This document shows positions 12,233 to 23,668 of a stretch of DNA of 64,000 nucleotides, piece by piece. Under the pieces are notes generated by a model. The model searched no databases and was not told where the DNA came from. It was given only the letters and a program-made list of their open reading frames with translations. The number at the start of each line of letters is the position of its first letter. Position 1 is the first letter of the stretch. The stretch comes from Eledone cirrhosa (Eukaryota), in assembly GCA_964016885.1 (NCBI GenBank), contig OZ024748.1:27094001-27158000 (forward strand), read 5' to 3'. Position numbers and translations under genes: made by a program.

Positions 12233-15200
12233 CTGAAATAGACAAAAGATATTTTAAATTATTCATTCTTTTAATCTTTTACTGGTGTCAGGTACAAAAG
12301 CTTGGCCGTGCCGGAGCACCACCTTAAAAGGATTTAGTAGTTGAGAAATGGATAAATAAGGTGATAGAAGTAGTTAAATTAAGTGACAGAATTATCAAGC
12401 TTAGATTAACAGTAGGAAATAGAATGGTGACAATTACATCTACCTATGCTCCACATGCAGGACTGGGTAAAGAACAACAAGGTAGGTTCTATGAGGAACT
12501 TTTACAAGCAACTTCCATTACAGATAAAGATGACCTCATCATCCAGCCAGGTGACTTCAATGGATATGTGGAGCAATACCAGGATGGATTGAGTGGAGTT
12601 CACTGCAGCTATGGTTATAGCTCAAGAAATAAAGAGGGACTGAGGCTCCTGGATTTCTGTGATGCAAATGAATTACCCATTTGGAACACAAATTCCAGGA
12701 AACCAGCCAGCCATCTGATTTCATATCAATCAGGTGAATACAAAAGCCAAATTGATTATTTATTTGTAAGACAACAAGAACTGTAATAAATACTAAGGCC
12801 TTCCCTGGGAAAGAATGCACTGCCCAGCACAAGTTAGTTATTAGGGACATCAAAATAAACAAAAGACAGACCAAGACATGCAGGAAAATATAGGTTTAGA
12901 AAGGCCCTATGGGATGCATTTGATAGAACAGACCACTGGCCTGACAGATGGTGACCTGTCATAGAAAGGCTGGAAAAATGGGGGAAGGAGAGAACGGTGC
13001 CAGGTAGAAACTAGACGACAGGCATACTCAGCTCGGAGAGAGGCTGAGGAAAGAAAGTTTGCCAATGTCCTGAGATGTGAAGTGTTCTGCATTGCAAGGC
13101 AGTGTGTTAGTGTGAATCATGATGTTGTTGAGTAAAAGTGTGTTAGAAATGACACTGGTGCATTTAGCAACACTGATGCTCAAAAGAAAGACACCTGGAA
13201 ATGTTTCTTTGAGAGACTGATAAATGTAGAGAATAAACGGGAGGAAGAGAAACTACCCCCAACCTTCCCAATAGATGGGCCAGTTATTGAAGTTGACAGT
13301 TAAAGGGACAATGAAGCAATCAAAGAGATGAAAAATGTTAAAAATGCAGTACCATCAGAGGTAGTTGCTGAGATGCTAAAAGTATAGGGAGAAGTAGGAG
13401 TCGAACTAGTAAACTACATAGCCAATCAGGTAATACAAGATGGAGTCATACCCAATGACTGACACAGCAGTACAATCAAGTGAGAGTAGGAAATCAGTTT
13501 AGTGAGAGATTCAAGGTACAAGTAGTTCATCAGGGTTTGGTCCTTAGCCAACTATTATTCATTATAGTTCTTGAGGCCATAACAGAGGAGTTTAAGACCG
13601 GCTGCCCATGGGAACTTCTCTATGCAGATGAACTGGTTCTTATAGCCGAATCCATTAAAGAACTAGAAAATAAGTTCCAACTATGGAAACAGAATTTGGA
13701 ATCAAAAGGCCTCAGAGTAAACTTAGCCAAAACTAAAGTGCTAATGAGTAGGAGAGAAGATAGGACCCTGATTCCTTCAGGGAAGTGGCCCTGCTCAATA
13801 TGTAGAAAGGGAGATACACTACATACAATGTACACAATATAAATCTTGGGTACACAAGAGATGTAGTGGGATAACGGGTAGACTAACAGGAAGGGAAGAC
13901 TTTGTATGTAGAAGATGCACAAGGGTAACCAAGGGGAAGAGAACCAGTGATGTAAACCCATTCCAGTCACAGGAAGGACCCATAGAAATTAACAGCTTCT
14001 GCTACCTAGGCAACATAATTAGCAACGGAAGAGGGTGCTCTGAGAGCATAATAGCTAGAATAAGGATGGGATGGAAAAAGTTTAGAGAGCTACTCCGACT
14101 GTTGACCACAAAAGGTTTCTCCCTACATACAAAAGAACGACTGTATGACGCCTGTGTGTGAAGTGTGATGCTGCATGGTAGTGAAACATGGGAAAAGGAC
14201 ATGCAGAGATAGAAGAGAAATGAAGTAACCATGCTTCATTGGATGAGCAACGAAATTTGAGAGAAAGGCAGAACTTGAAAGAACTGAAGGAGAAGCTGGG
14301 TTTCAGAAGAATCTGAGGTGGTATGGAGGAGAGAAGACTGTGTTGGTTTGGACATGTGATGTGCATTGACAATGATAGTTGGGTGAAGAAGTGCCATGAA
14401 ATGCCAGTGGAAGGAAACTGCAGTAGAGGAAGACCAAGAAATACCTGGGCAGAGGTGGTGATAGCTGATCTCAAATCATTGAGACTCCCAGAGGAGATGA
14501 CAAAGGAATGCGACGAGTGGAGAGATGCTGTGCTGAGAAGGATCCTTTCAATCCATGCAAGTGTGGAAAAACAGACGTAAAAATGATGATAATGATGATG
14601 ATGATGATATAGACAACAAATTTCCACACAATTTTTATCAACCAAATATTTGTCACAAGACATGGGTTGCCCCAAAGCTATAGTAGCAGACATTTACTCA
14701 AGTTGTCACACAGAGTAACTGAACTAAAAAGTATGTGGTTGTGAAGCAAATTCCTTAACCATAAAGCCTATAAAAAATAAAAAAAATTTTCATATATTCT
14801 TTTACTAGTTATAGTTGTTTGGCTGTGGCCATAGTGGAGCAATACTGCCTTTCATGGTTTTAGTTAATGATATTGAAGTCTTAATTCGCACAAGAAACTT
14901 TAGAAACAACAATACTAACTGCTGTGTTGGCTTTTTCTCCATTGATCCAAATATCAAGGGTGTCCTTTTCTGGAAAAAAAAACAAAAAACGGATAAAAGA
15001 TAGTATTAATGTGATTTGGCTGAACATTGCATTGACATGTGTATCTTTAATGTAATTCTCAGAGAAATTCAGCATGACTGTGTAACAAGGCTGGTCCTTT
15101 GAATAACAAATATAATTTCCAAACAGTTTCCATCTACCCAATTTAATTTGTGTCAACCCAAGGCTATGATAAATGATACTTGCACAAGATACTATGTAGT

Positions 15201-17111
15201 TGGATTGAACTTGGGACCTAATGATTATGAAGCAAACTCCTTTACCATTTGGCCATGCTGCATTCACACATGCATATATATAAATATGTATACTTACTTA
15301 CATATGTAAGAAATTATACTATACACAAGTCATGTAAAATATCTTCTTCATCACCCAGTTATTCTGAGAGGGTCATAGAGACAGAGTCCTCAGACACACT
15401 TTACTACTGGTTGACTTTGTCCATAAAATCTATCCAGCAATTCTTTCCTTAGACATTGTAATCACATGCCAGAGGTGTGATCTCTCAACGTGGAAAGATA
15501 TTAATTATTTAAATTTTAATAAGTTTCTCACTCACCTAGAGTGATTCTTATGGGATTCTCTGCAACATGGACAATCCATGATTTCATGATTTTGCGCTGG
15601 TTTTCCACAAAATTTTCATAGTTTTGTCCATTCACTTGTAAGGTGTACTGGTAGGAGAATCCATTGGATGCATCAATGTTGATAACACATTTCGTCTTAC
15701 CAATACTGAACTGGACTCCACCGACCAGCTTAAACAACCAGTCCGCACGGTAGATCTCCTGGAGAAGGATAATTTGAGAGAAATTTAATTTTGAAGTTGT
15801 ATGACATCGCGTGCTGAATGAAACTATAACAATTACATCAAGGAAAGAGTCATTTTAACCATTTAAATCACACAAAAATTGTCATATCTTTTTTTCATGT
15901 ATTTTGTGGTGTTTTCTTGGCACCCTCTGTAATCTGGTCACTGAGACAATTCCACTGGAGTTGTGGACAGTGACCAGGTCGCAAATATAGACAACACAAA
16001 GAAAATAAAGTATTCAAAAGAAAAGTATTAAATAAAATATGAATACATTATTTTTGTTAAATCAAGTAATAATATAGAATCTCTATTACAAATAGTATAG
16101 GAGGGCAGTGGATTGGCAGCATTGGTAGAAAGATGGACACCATGCTTTGCAGCATTGAGTAACGACTCTTTAGGTTTTGATTTCAAATATCACTGAGGTT
16201 AGATTGCCTTTCATTTTTACGGGGTCAATAAAATAAAGTACCTGTAATGTACTGGGATCGATTTAATTAACTTTCCTCTCCCCCAAAATGTTTGACTTTG
16301 TGCCTGAATCAGAAATCATTATTATGAGGGCGGTGGTTTGGCAGTATCGGTAGAGGTGTCGGACGCTATGCTTTGTAGCAAAGAGTTACGCCCCTTTATA
16401 GTCTGAGTTCAAATCCCGCCGAGGTTAACTTTGTCTTTCATCCTTACGGGGTCGATAAAATAAAGTACCAGTAATACACTGAGATAATTGTTGGCCTTGT
16501 GTCAAAAGTAGAAACAATTATTATAAATAGTCTAAATGTTTAGATTATTTTTTTTCTATCTCTGATAAAAATGCAAGGATTTCTGGAAGTTATTCATAAT
16601 GCTGTCATCCATGACCATCACATCAATTTATCTATCTAGAACTACCTTGTTCAATGTGTCCGTCCTTCCTTCATTTTTAAGATAGTGGGTGTGATTTAAA
16701 AATGATGTGGCTGCTATTTCTAGCAGGTCAACTGACTATACAGAGATTCACTTCTCTTAGTAGCATTGCGAGGTCAAGGGTTTCTGGAAGGTTTTTATAT
16801 TGCTCAACTTAAATGTTCTCTGGAAAAGCTTGCACAATGTGTCATTGTCGACATGTGTGTGTGCATATGTATGCGTGTGAATGTTTGTGCATGTGTATGT
16901 ATGTGTGAGAGTTTGTGTGTATGTGCATGTGTGAGTATGTATGTGTATGTATATGTGTGTATAGAATGATAAAGGAGTGATGGAAGTGTTATCTTACCTT
17001 TCCATCAACACGAACCACTCTTTTACCCGATGTTGTTCCATGTTCAAATTCCAAGTGATGTACTCCATCAGCTAAAGACACGGTCCATTTACCAACCAGA
17101 TCGGAGGGCAT
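12074..17111 (-). CDS. FAIM: Fas apoptotic inhibitory molecule (FAIM1 family), 4 coding exons: 17111-16998, 15758-15536, 14969-14920, 12232-12074; 181 aa
   Basis: Spliced translation MPSDLVGKWTVSLADGVHHLEFEHGTTSGKRVVRVDGK/EIYRADWLFKLVGG...IRITL/EKDTLDIWINGEKANTA/AEFVDNGTETHFEI...IVYSLFVDGQEIPPVNLDDP*. It matches the recalled FAIM signature (W-x-V-x-L-x-DGVH-x-x-EFEHGTTSGKR; EFVDxGTETHF). All introns are GT-AG with consistent phases (0,1,0). Confidence 0.96.
12335..14610 (+). mobile_element. RTE-clade LINE, degenerate and internally deleted, in FAIM intron 3 (antisense to FAIM)
   Basis: APE motifs (TYAPH, GDFNG, SQIDY), RT motifs (HQGLVLSQLLF, ELLYADEL), 3' RRLCWFGHV/RGRPRNTW, (GAT)n tail; many stops and frameshifts. 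Confidence 0.93.
14920..14969 (-). CDS. FAIM: FAIM coding exon 3
   Basis: ttttccag|AA AAG GAC ... GCA|gttagt; EKDTLDIWING. Confidence 0.93.
15536..15758 (-). CDS. FAIM: FAIM coding exon 2
   Basis: cag|GAG ... CTA G|gtgag; WLFKLVG and YQYTLQVNG motifs. Confidence 0.95.
16326..16522 (+). mobile_element. tRNA-derived SINE family A (other copies ~16102-16320, 19165-19250, 19430-19600, 19845-20050, 24505-24660, 32260-32355, 35265-35452, 35482-35570, 55155-55530, 56160-56250, 59100-59260)
   Basis: A-box TGGCAGTATCGG and B-box GAGTTCAAATCC, shared body CTTTCATCCTTACGGGGTCGATAAAATAAAGTACCAG, (TTA)n tail. Confidence 0.85.
16998..17111 (-). CDS. FAIM: FAIM coding exon 1 (acceptor at 17136, so an upstream exon exists)
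   Basis: ATG at 17111; EFEHGTTSGKR motif; donor AAG|gtaaga; upstream tttcag acceptor. Confidence 0.95.
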
Positions 17112-17575
17112 TGTACTCAGTAACCTACCCTCTTGCTGAAATAGAAGAAATAAATAGAAGTACCATTTATAGATGAATAAAGTTATTGTATATAGAATTA
17201 CCACCTCACTGGAATAGAAGAATAAAATTATTTAGAAATGGCTAATCAGCAACAACATCCCCCACCACCACCACCACCACCACCACTACCACTATCACCA
17301 TGTCAGAGTGTACAGTATCTGGGAATATAGAAATAGACTGGGCATTGGTAAGGGTACATTATGTTCACACTGTCTTACAGAAATAGACTGGACAGTGGAG
17401 AGAGAGAGGGTACAATCCACACTGTCTTACTATACCCTATACTGTAGTTGAATATATCCACAGTCACACTACATCCTATACTGTATGTTATCATTTGTTG
17501 TATGGTCTTCAGTTAGATGGTGACAAGTATGGCTGGGAAGATAGATATGCAGCTCACATCTTGTTGTCCAGCTGA

Positions 17576-18392
17576 CTCCCTGTGTGATATAGGACTGACT
17601 ACAGCTACATAATAACAGCTCCCTGTGTGATATAGGATTGCTGGATCAGGGCTGACTACAGCTACACAATAACAGCTCCCTGTGATATAGGATTGTTGAA
17701 TCAGGGCTGACTACAGCTACACAATAACAGCTCCCTGTGATATAGGATTGCTGGATCAGGACTGACTACAGCTACACAATAACAGCTCCCTGTGATATAG
17801 GATTGTTGAATCAGGGCTGACTACAGCTACACAATAACAGCTCCCTGTGATATAGGATTGCTGGATCAGGGCTGACCACAGCTACACAATAACAGCTCCC
17901 TGTGATACAGGATTGTTGAATCAGGGCTGACTACAGCTACACAATAACAGCTCCCTGTGATATAGGATTGCTGGATCAGGGCTGACTACAGCTACACAAT
18001 AACAGCTCCTTGTGATATAGGATTGCTGGATCAGGGCTGGCCACAGCTACACAATAACAGCTCCCTGTGATACAGGATTGCTGGATCAGGACTGACTACA
18101 GCTACACAATAACAGCTCCCTGTGATATAGGATTGTTGAATCAGGGCTGACCACAGCTACACAATAACAGCTCCCTGTGATATAGGATTGTTGAATCAGG
18201 GCTGACTACAGCTACACAATAACAGCTCCCTGTGATATAGGATTGCTGGATCAGGGCTGACTACAGCTACACAATAACAGCTCCCTGTGATATAGGATTG
18301 TTGAATCAGGGCTGACCACAGCTACATAATAACAGCTCCCTGTGTGATATAGGACAGTTGGATCAGGGCTAAACTAGGGTTACACAATAACT
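17576..18392. repeat. 55-bp minisatellite, ~14 copies, upstream of FAIM coding exon 1
   Basis: CTCCCTGTGATATAGGATTG(C/T)TG(G/A)ATCAGGGCTGACTACAGCTACACAATAACAG at 55-bp spacing (17731, 17786, 17841...). Confidence 0.97.
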
Positions 18393-18741
18393 ACTATACG
18401 GGATGATCTTACCATAACTGAACATGATGATATGGTGGTGGTGGTGACGGCGATGATGATGAAAATGATGATGAGGATGGTGGTGATAGTGATCATGATG
18501 ACGATGGTGGTGATAGTGATCATGATGACGATGGTGGTGGTGGTGGTGATTAAAATGATGATGGTTGTGGTGGTTATGATGATGGTGTTAATGATGACGA
18601 CGGTGGTGGTGGTGATGGCGAATTAAGAAGAAAACTAACACGAAATTGTATATCACCTGTTGTGTTCTTTCTCCCGTGACAATTGTATTATTGTTAATAA
18701 TAATGACGATGACTATGGCGATGACGATAGCAATTACAAGT

Positions 18742-18754
18742 GTTGCTAAGCAAC
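18742..18754. promoter_or_regulatory. RFX X-box-like palindrome upstream of FAIM
   Basis: GTTGCT-A-AGCAAC (perfect inverted repeat TGTTGCT/AGCAACA) fits a relaxed GTNRCY-N-RGYAAC consensus; a minus-strand donor CAG|gtgata at 18657 suggests a 5' UTR exon just downstream. Confidence 0.55.
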
Positions 18755-20289
18755 AAGTAGTGTTTTATTAATATTATTATTAGTAGTAGTACTTCTAATA
18801 TATGTGTTATATCAGTTAGTAAGTAAAGTTAGTTTATTGTTTGTCCCGCTCGCGATGTATTAGATACTTTTGTAGAGAGATTGCGAGAACTAACATAAAA
18901 TTTAGTTTTAAAGTTTCGAACAGAACTGTCGCATAACAATGACACGTGACCTTTGACAGGAAATGACATTAGTAATTGGATGGCAGGCAGTTAAGAGATT
19001 CAAAAATATTATTCGATAATATAGTACTCACAGAAACGCACACACACACAGATACAGACACACGCAAACACACACACGGACACAGAGGGAGATACTGACA
19101 CACACACATACAGACAGATATACATACACAGGCCCAGACAGACACACACACGACAATAACTTATAATTGTTTCTACTTTAGGCACAAGGCCAGCAATTAT
19201 CAGTACATTACTGGTACTTTATTTTATCGACCCCGTAAGGATGAAAGGCAACAATAATTTATAATGATTTCTTTATTCGTCACAATAAAGACCTGCATGT
19301 TTGATTTTAGATAGTATAACTTTATAACAAGAACATTCTTTGCACAACTGGCAAACACTAATCCCCCAAATTAATGTTCATGATTTGTAAGTATGGAAAA
19401 ATATCAGATATATAATCAGGATAGTAAATAATTGTTTCTACTTTTGGCACAAGGCCAGCAATTACCCAGTACTGGTACTTTATTTTATCGACCCCCTAAG
19501 GATGAAAGGCAAAGTTAATCTCGGGATTTGAACTCAGAATGGAAAGGGCCGTAGCTCTATGCGTCCGACCCTCTACCGACACTGCCACTCCACCGCCCTT
19601 ATATATAATATACATATGTATTATTTTAATATATAGTAAATAATGTTATGGAAATGTAAAATTAAAAAAAAAACGACAAAAAACAAGCATTTCACCAACA
19701 GTTCCACCAAATAATTAACACCTCATAAGCTTATGGAAATTCACTATCTTGATTATATTTCTTATATCTTTCCATATCTATGATTCCCGAAAGTCAATTC
19801 TTGGGACCAGCGTTCGCCATTCGTTCCAATATGTAGGTGCAAGGGTGCTGGATTGCCAGAATTAGTAGTGTCAGATAAAATGCTATTTGCAGTATGTTCT
19901 GGCTCTTTACATTCTAAGTTTAAATCGCGTCGAGGTCAACTTTGCCGTACATCCTTTCAGGGTTGGTAAAATAACTAGTCAAATACTGAGGTTGATTTAC
20001 CCCCGCCTCCCCCCTCAAATTTGCTGGCTTTGTGTCTAAATTAGAAATTAGACATCATAATATATTAATGGTTAGCTTGCCTCAAAGTGTTTAGTTAACG
20101 CCAAAGATGTGAGCTGCGTCCGATTGGCGTACTTGTTGGTGAATCACCCCACTTTTTTTTTCCTTTATTATTGTTCAATGAGTGATATAAATGCTATTTT
20201 CATAATATTAATGGTTGAAAATCAAACTATTTCGAAGTTTTTAATAATTGTATTGTTGATGCCCATGTCACCTCTGTACTGAAAAAAGA

Positions 20290-20720
20290 GAATAAGAAAG
20301 AAAAAAAACGGGAAGGGGAGGGAATGGCAAGGACTCTAGTGTCACAGAAGAATGGGAAGGGGGAGGATGATTGGGCTCTGGGCCTAGGGCGCGGCGCCCC
20401 CCGGACAAGACCGCAAAAGCATTCTCGCGGACAATGGCCAGCGACACCCGCTGCAAAAGCCACACCATATCGCGGGCCGCCCTCCCCAGATGGGCCGCCG
20501 ACCTTCCGATCTTTCGGAGGAGCTCGACTGTACGGGGTCCAAGTACGCCCGAGGTCTCGACGGTGACTGGTGCGAAGAGTAAGCGACCGGACAGTCCCCG
20601 GTATTTTCTTATTTTCTGTTCCTCTGCGAGGCGGTCCGCGGCACTGGGGTTTGTGGTCGAAGCGACTAAGTTGAAGGTGGAGAACGTGTCGCAACATGTG
20701 GTGACCCAGATGATGGATCT
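20290..20720 (-). mobile_element. CRE-like non-LTR retrotransposon 3' fragment (restriction-like endonuclease region)
   Basis: IWVTTCCDTF...AEEQKIRKY...FAPVTVETSGVLG...LLQRVSLAIVRENA resembles the CRE-clade C-terminal pattern (W-D-x-T..DT, AE..K..KY, P...ET.G, QR.S.AI.R.NA); GC-rich island. Confidence 0.78.
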
Positions 20721-20773
20721 ACTTCTTGTCTGAACTTTTGATCCGTACAAATTTATTTATTTTATTTTATTCA

Positions 20774-20801
20774 GTTGTCTTAGCAACTCTTGGGGGCGGA
20801 G
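20774..20801 (+). promoter_or_regulatory. X-box-like site plus GC box, candidate CEP70 promoter
   Basis: GTTGTC-TT-AGCAAC followed by GGGGGCGGAG, in CpG-containing sequence. Confidence 0.4.
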
Positions 20802-21119
20802 TGTGTGATGGACATCTTAACGTTGATACCAAGGACGATGATAACGCCGCCATGACCACGAACTCCTGTTTGTTTATTTAATGGTGTAGACGGAGAATCG
20901 AATGTTGTGGCATGACCTTTTTCATGGCCTCTAAGTCACCTGACTCAGGCCATAAAAAAGAGGGATTCCACTAAAGACACCTAAGAATATAATTTTAATT
21001 TTCAAATTGAATTTTATTTTATCAAAACCATCTTAGACTGTATTCTTACAACAGAGTGGATTCCGATAAATAAAAGAATAAAAATAACATAAAAAAAATT
21101 GAATATTTTCTCCTTCACT

Positions 21120-21470
21120 CACTTATTCCCGAGAGGGTCGTGGGGACAGAGTCCTCAAACATTTCTTCCAGCAGGTCCTGTCAGAAGCAACCGTCTCCAA
21201 CTGATTTGGCTGGATCCCTAGGAATGACCAGCCAAGCTCATGGATGTTATCCAACCATCTTGCTCGGGGTCTACCCCTGGGTCTCTTGCCGGTTGATTTT
21301 GTCCGTAAAAACTGTCCAGCGATTCTTTCCTGAGACATTCTAACCACATGCTCGTAGTATTGGAGCTGTGATCTCTCGATCCCGAGAAGTAACGGCTCTA
21401 CCTGGAATGACTCTAAAGACCCTTCGGAGGAATCCCTTTTCGGCCACTTGTATTCGAGATCGTATTCTTG
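21120..21470 (-). mobile_element. RTE-like LINE 3' end (second family; related copy at 54190-55020 plus)
   Basis: HVVRMSQER...RPRGRPRARWLDNI. Confidence 0.75.
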
Positions 21471-23353
21471 AACATTAAGTTATTAAAACCACCTTTGCTC
21501 GTATTTGTGAGTTGTTAACGGATATCTCGTCTCTTAGTTTCTTGTGTTTTTCTCCAAACTACAAAAAAACAACAAAAAAACTTGAATCATATCATTGGAG
21601 GGTTGTTAGAGTTATTTCCCTTAGTTCAACTTTTTATTAGCTAGTATCTGTTGCATCGTGCGGTGAAGCGAAGCCATGCCAACAGCAGAAATATATTCTC
21701 GACATTTGATTCGTCAATAAACATCGATATGACAGGAAAAATTGCAATTTTATTACGAATAATATATAATTTAGTTACAAAAAGTAAAAAATAAAGAAAA
21801 TACCAAAAATATCTAAAGTAAATGATATAATAAAAAATATGTTATATATATATTTTCTGTCACAAAGAAATTCCAATGGAATTTAAACAGGGAATGAGTT
21901 TATTATGTTTACTATAGTGGCAAAAGTTCATCATTCTTGGATATAACACAACCCGGAATATTAACTGGAACAACAACAACGACAAATATATTAATACTAA
22001 TACTAATTTTTTTAAAGTTTTGATATTTATTAAGTTCTAAAAGAACCAAAAAAAAAAGCACCAACAACAAAAAGAAATCCAGTCATTCGTTCGATTATGG
22101 TAATTATAAAGTATTTTCTTTAATTTGTTTCACTTAAACTAGAGATATAATAAATCTGCGATAGACGTTCGATCCCCGGTCGAAGCTACATTTGTTGACC
22201 ACTCATTAGACAATGCATGAACTTCACTTCATTCTTGGATCTTCCGAATAAAAGCTAAAGTTGACACTTGTCTTTAACCTGTTACTTTGACAACTTTTCT
22301 GGCTTGGAGTTATGGTTATTTTGACCCAGCAGCTCCCAACCTGGGGAGGTAGGATGGGTCTGCAGCTCCCAATCTGTGTGTGTGTGGAAGGGGGGAATCC
22401 ACGGTACTGGGTGGTGGCTGTGGTTGTAGCCTCAGGAGTCTGCAGAGGTAGAATGGGGGGGATATGCAGTGATAGTGAAGCGAAGTGTTTTGGTTGTTGT
22501 GGAGGATGATAAACACGACAAATACCAATAATTCTAGTTGGATATATAACTACTTCACTTCAGCAAAAAGGAAAAAGAATATTATTACTTCGGATCATAA
22601 ATATGAAGTTTGATGGTAGTATTCACAAATGAATATAGTGTTAAAACACCTTCTGTGATGTGCTGGAGGATCTTTGTTTAATATACTACGTTCGATTAAA
22701 ACGTGACAAGTTGTAGTCAAACAGTATTTATAGGAGAGGTAGTAGTAACCTCACAGTGGCAAGGAAGTTGTGTTGTCTATATGAAGAGGCAGATGACTGT
22801 GTGGTTGAAGTGCCGATGAAAGAATTGCTTTCGGGCCCTTGTCGAGAGGGCTGCAGCATTTTGCTAAGCACTACATCTCGCTATTTGCTTGAGCAGGTCA
22901 AAGTGATGCTTCTCTTTTCGAGGAACTATAATCTTTATCTATAAATATTTCTCTTTTTTTAAAATTACATTTTATATAAGAACTACATATTTCGTTATGT
23001 AGTTCTTAAATAAAATTATCAACATTTTACATCTGCTGTTCCACGCTTGTATGTGTTGAATGGGTCCATCTCAGTATAGTATCTCTCCACTTGTTACATT
23101 CCTTTGTCATCTCTTCCATGAGCTTCCTTGATCTGAGATCGGCTCTCAATACTTCCATCCAGGTCTTCCTCTATTGCAGCTTACATCCAGTGGTATTACT
23201 TGGCATTTCTCCACCAAATAATCATCATCCATGCACATGACAATTATGTCAGAAGATTTTAATTTAAAGAACCCTTTAAGATGTTTGGTTTTGTTTCCAG
23301 GCTGGTAAAAGAAAATTTTAATGTGTAAATCTTTTTTTGATGTTTAAAACCAG

Positions 23354-23668
23354 GAACTAAATGATGAATGTTCTACTGAGAATCTTAGCCATCCAGATGC
23401 CAGTGGTGATAGAATTGGTATTGGAAATAGACCCAGGTATCACCAAGTGTTGAAAGAAGGAGATGCCAGCGTTGATGGAGTCTGTATCAGAAATAAACCT
23501 GCCAACAATGAGATAATCACTGTTAAAAATGGCTCCCAGGTTTCACATCTGTTGAGAATAGGAGATGACAGTCGTTATCGAGCTGCTATGAAAAATAGAA
23601 ACAAGATTCCTTTAAATGTAATAGAAGATGATTTTTGGACCGTGAAACTTGAAGACTCTTCATCAAAG
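23354..23668 (+). CDS. CEP70: CEP70-like exon (divergent N-terminal region)
   Basis: cag|GAA CTA AAT...TCA AAG|gtaatg, 105 open codons, phase 0-0 compatible with the next exon; no recognisable homology. Confidence 0.6.

Noticed and set aside
11968-12327. 119-aa plus-strand ORF
   Set aside because: Antisense shadow of FAIM exon 4.
22160-22190. tRNA gene (GTTCGATCCCCGG T-arm-like sequence)
   Set aside because: Only a B-box/T-arm; no D arm, anticodon arm or acceptor stem upstream.
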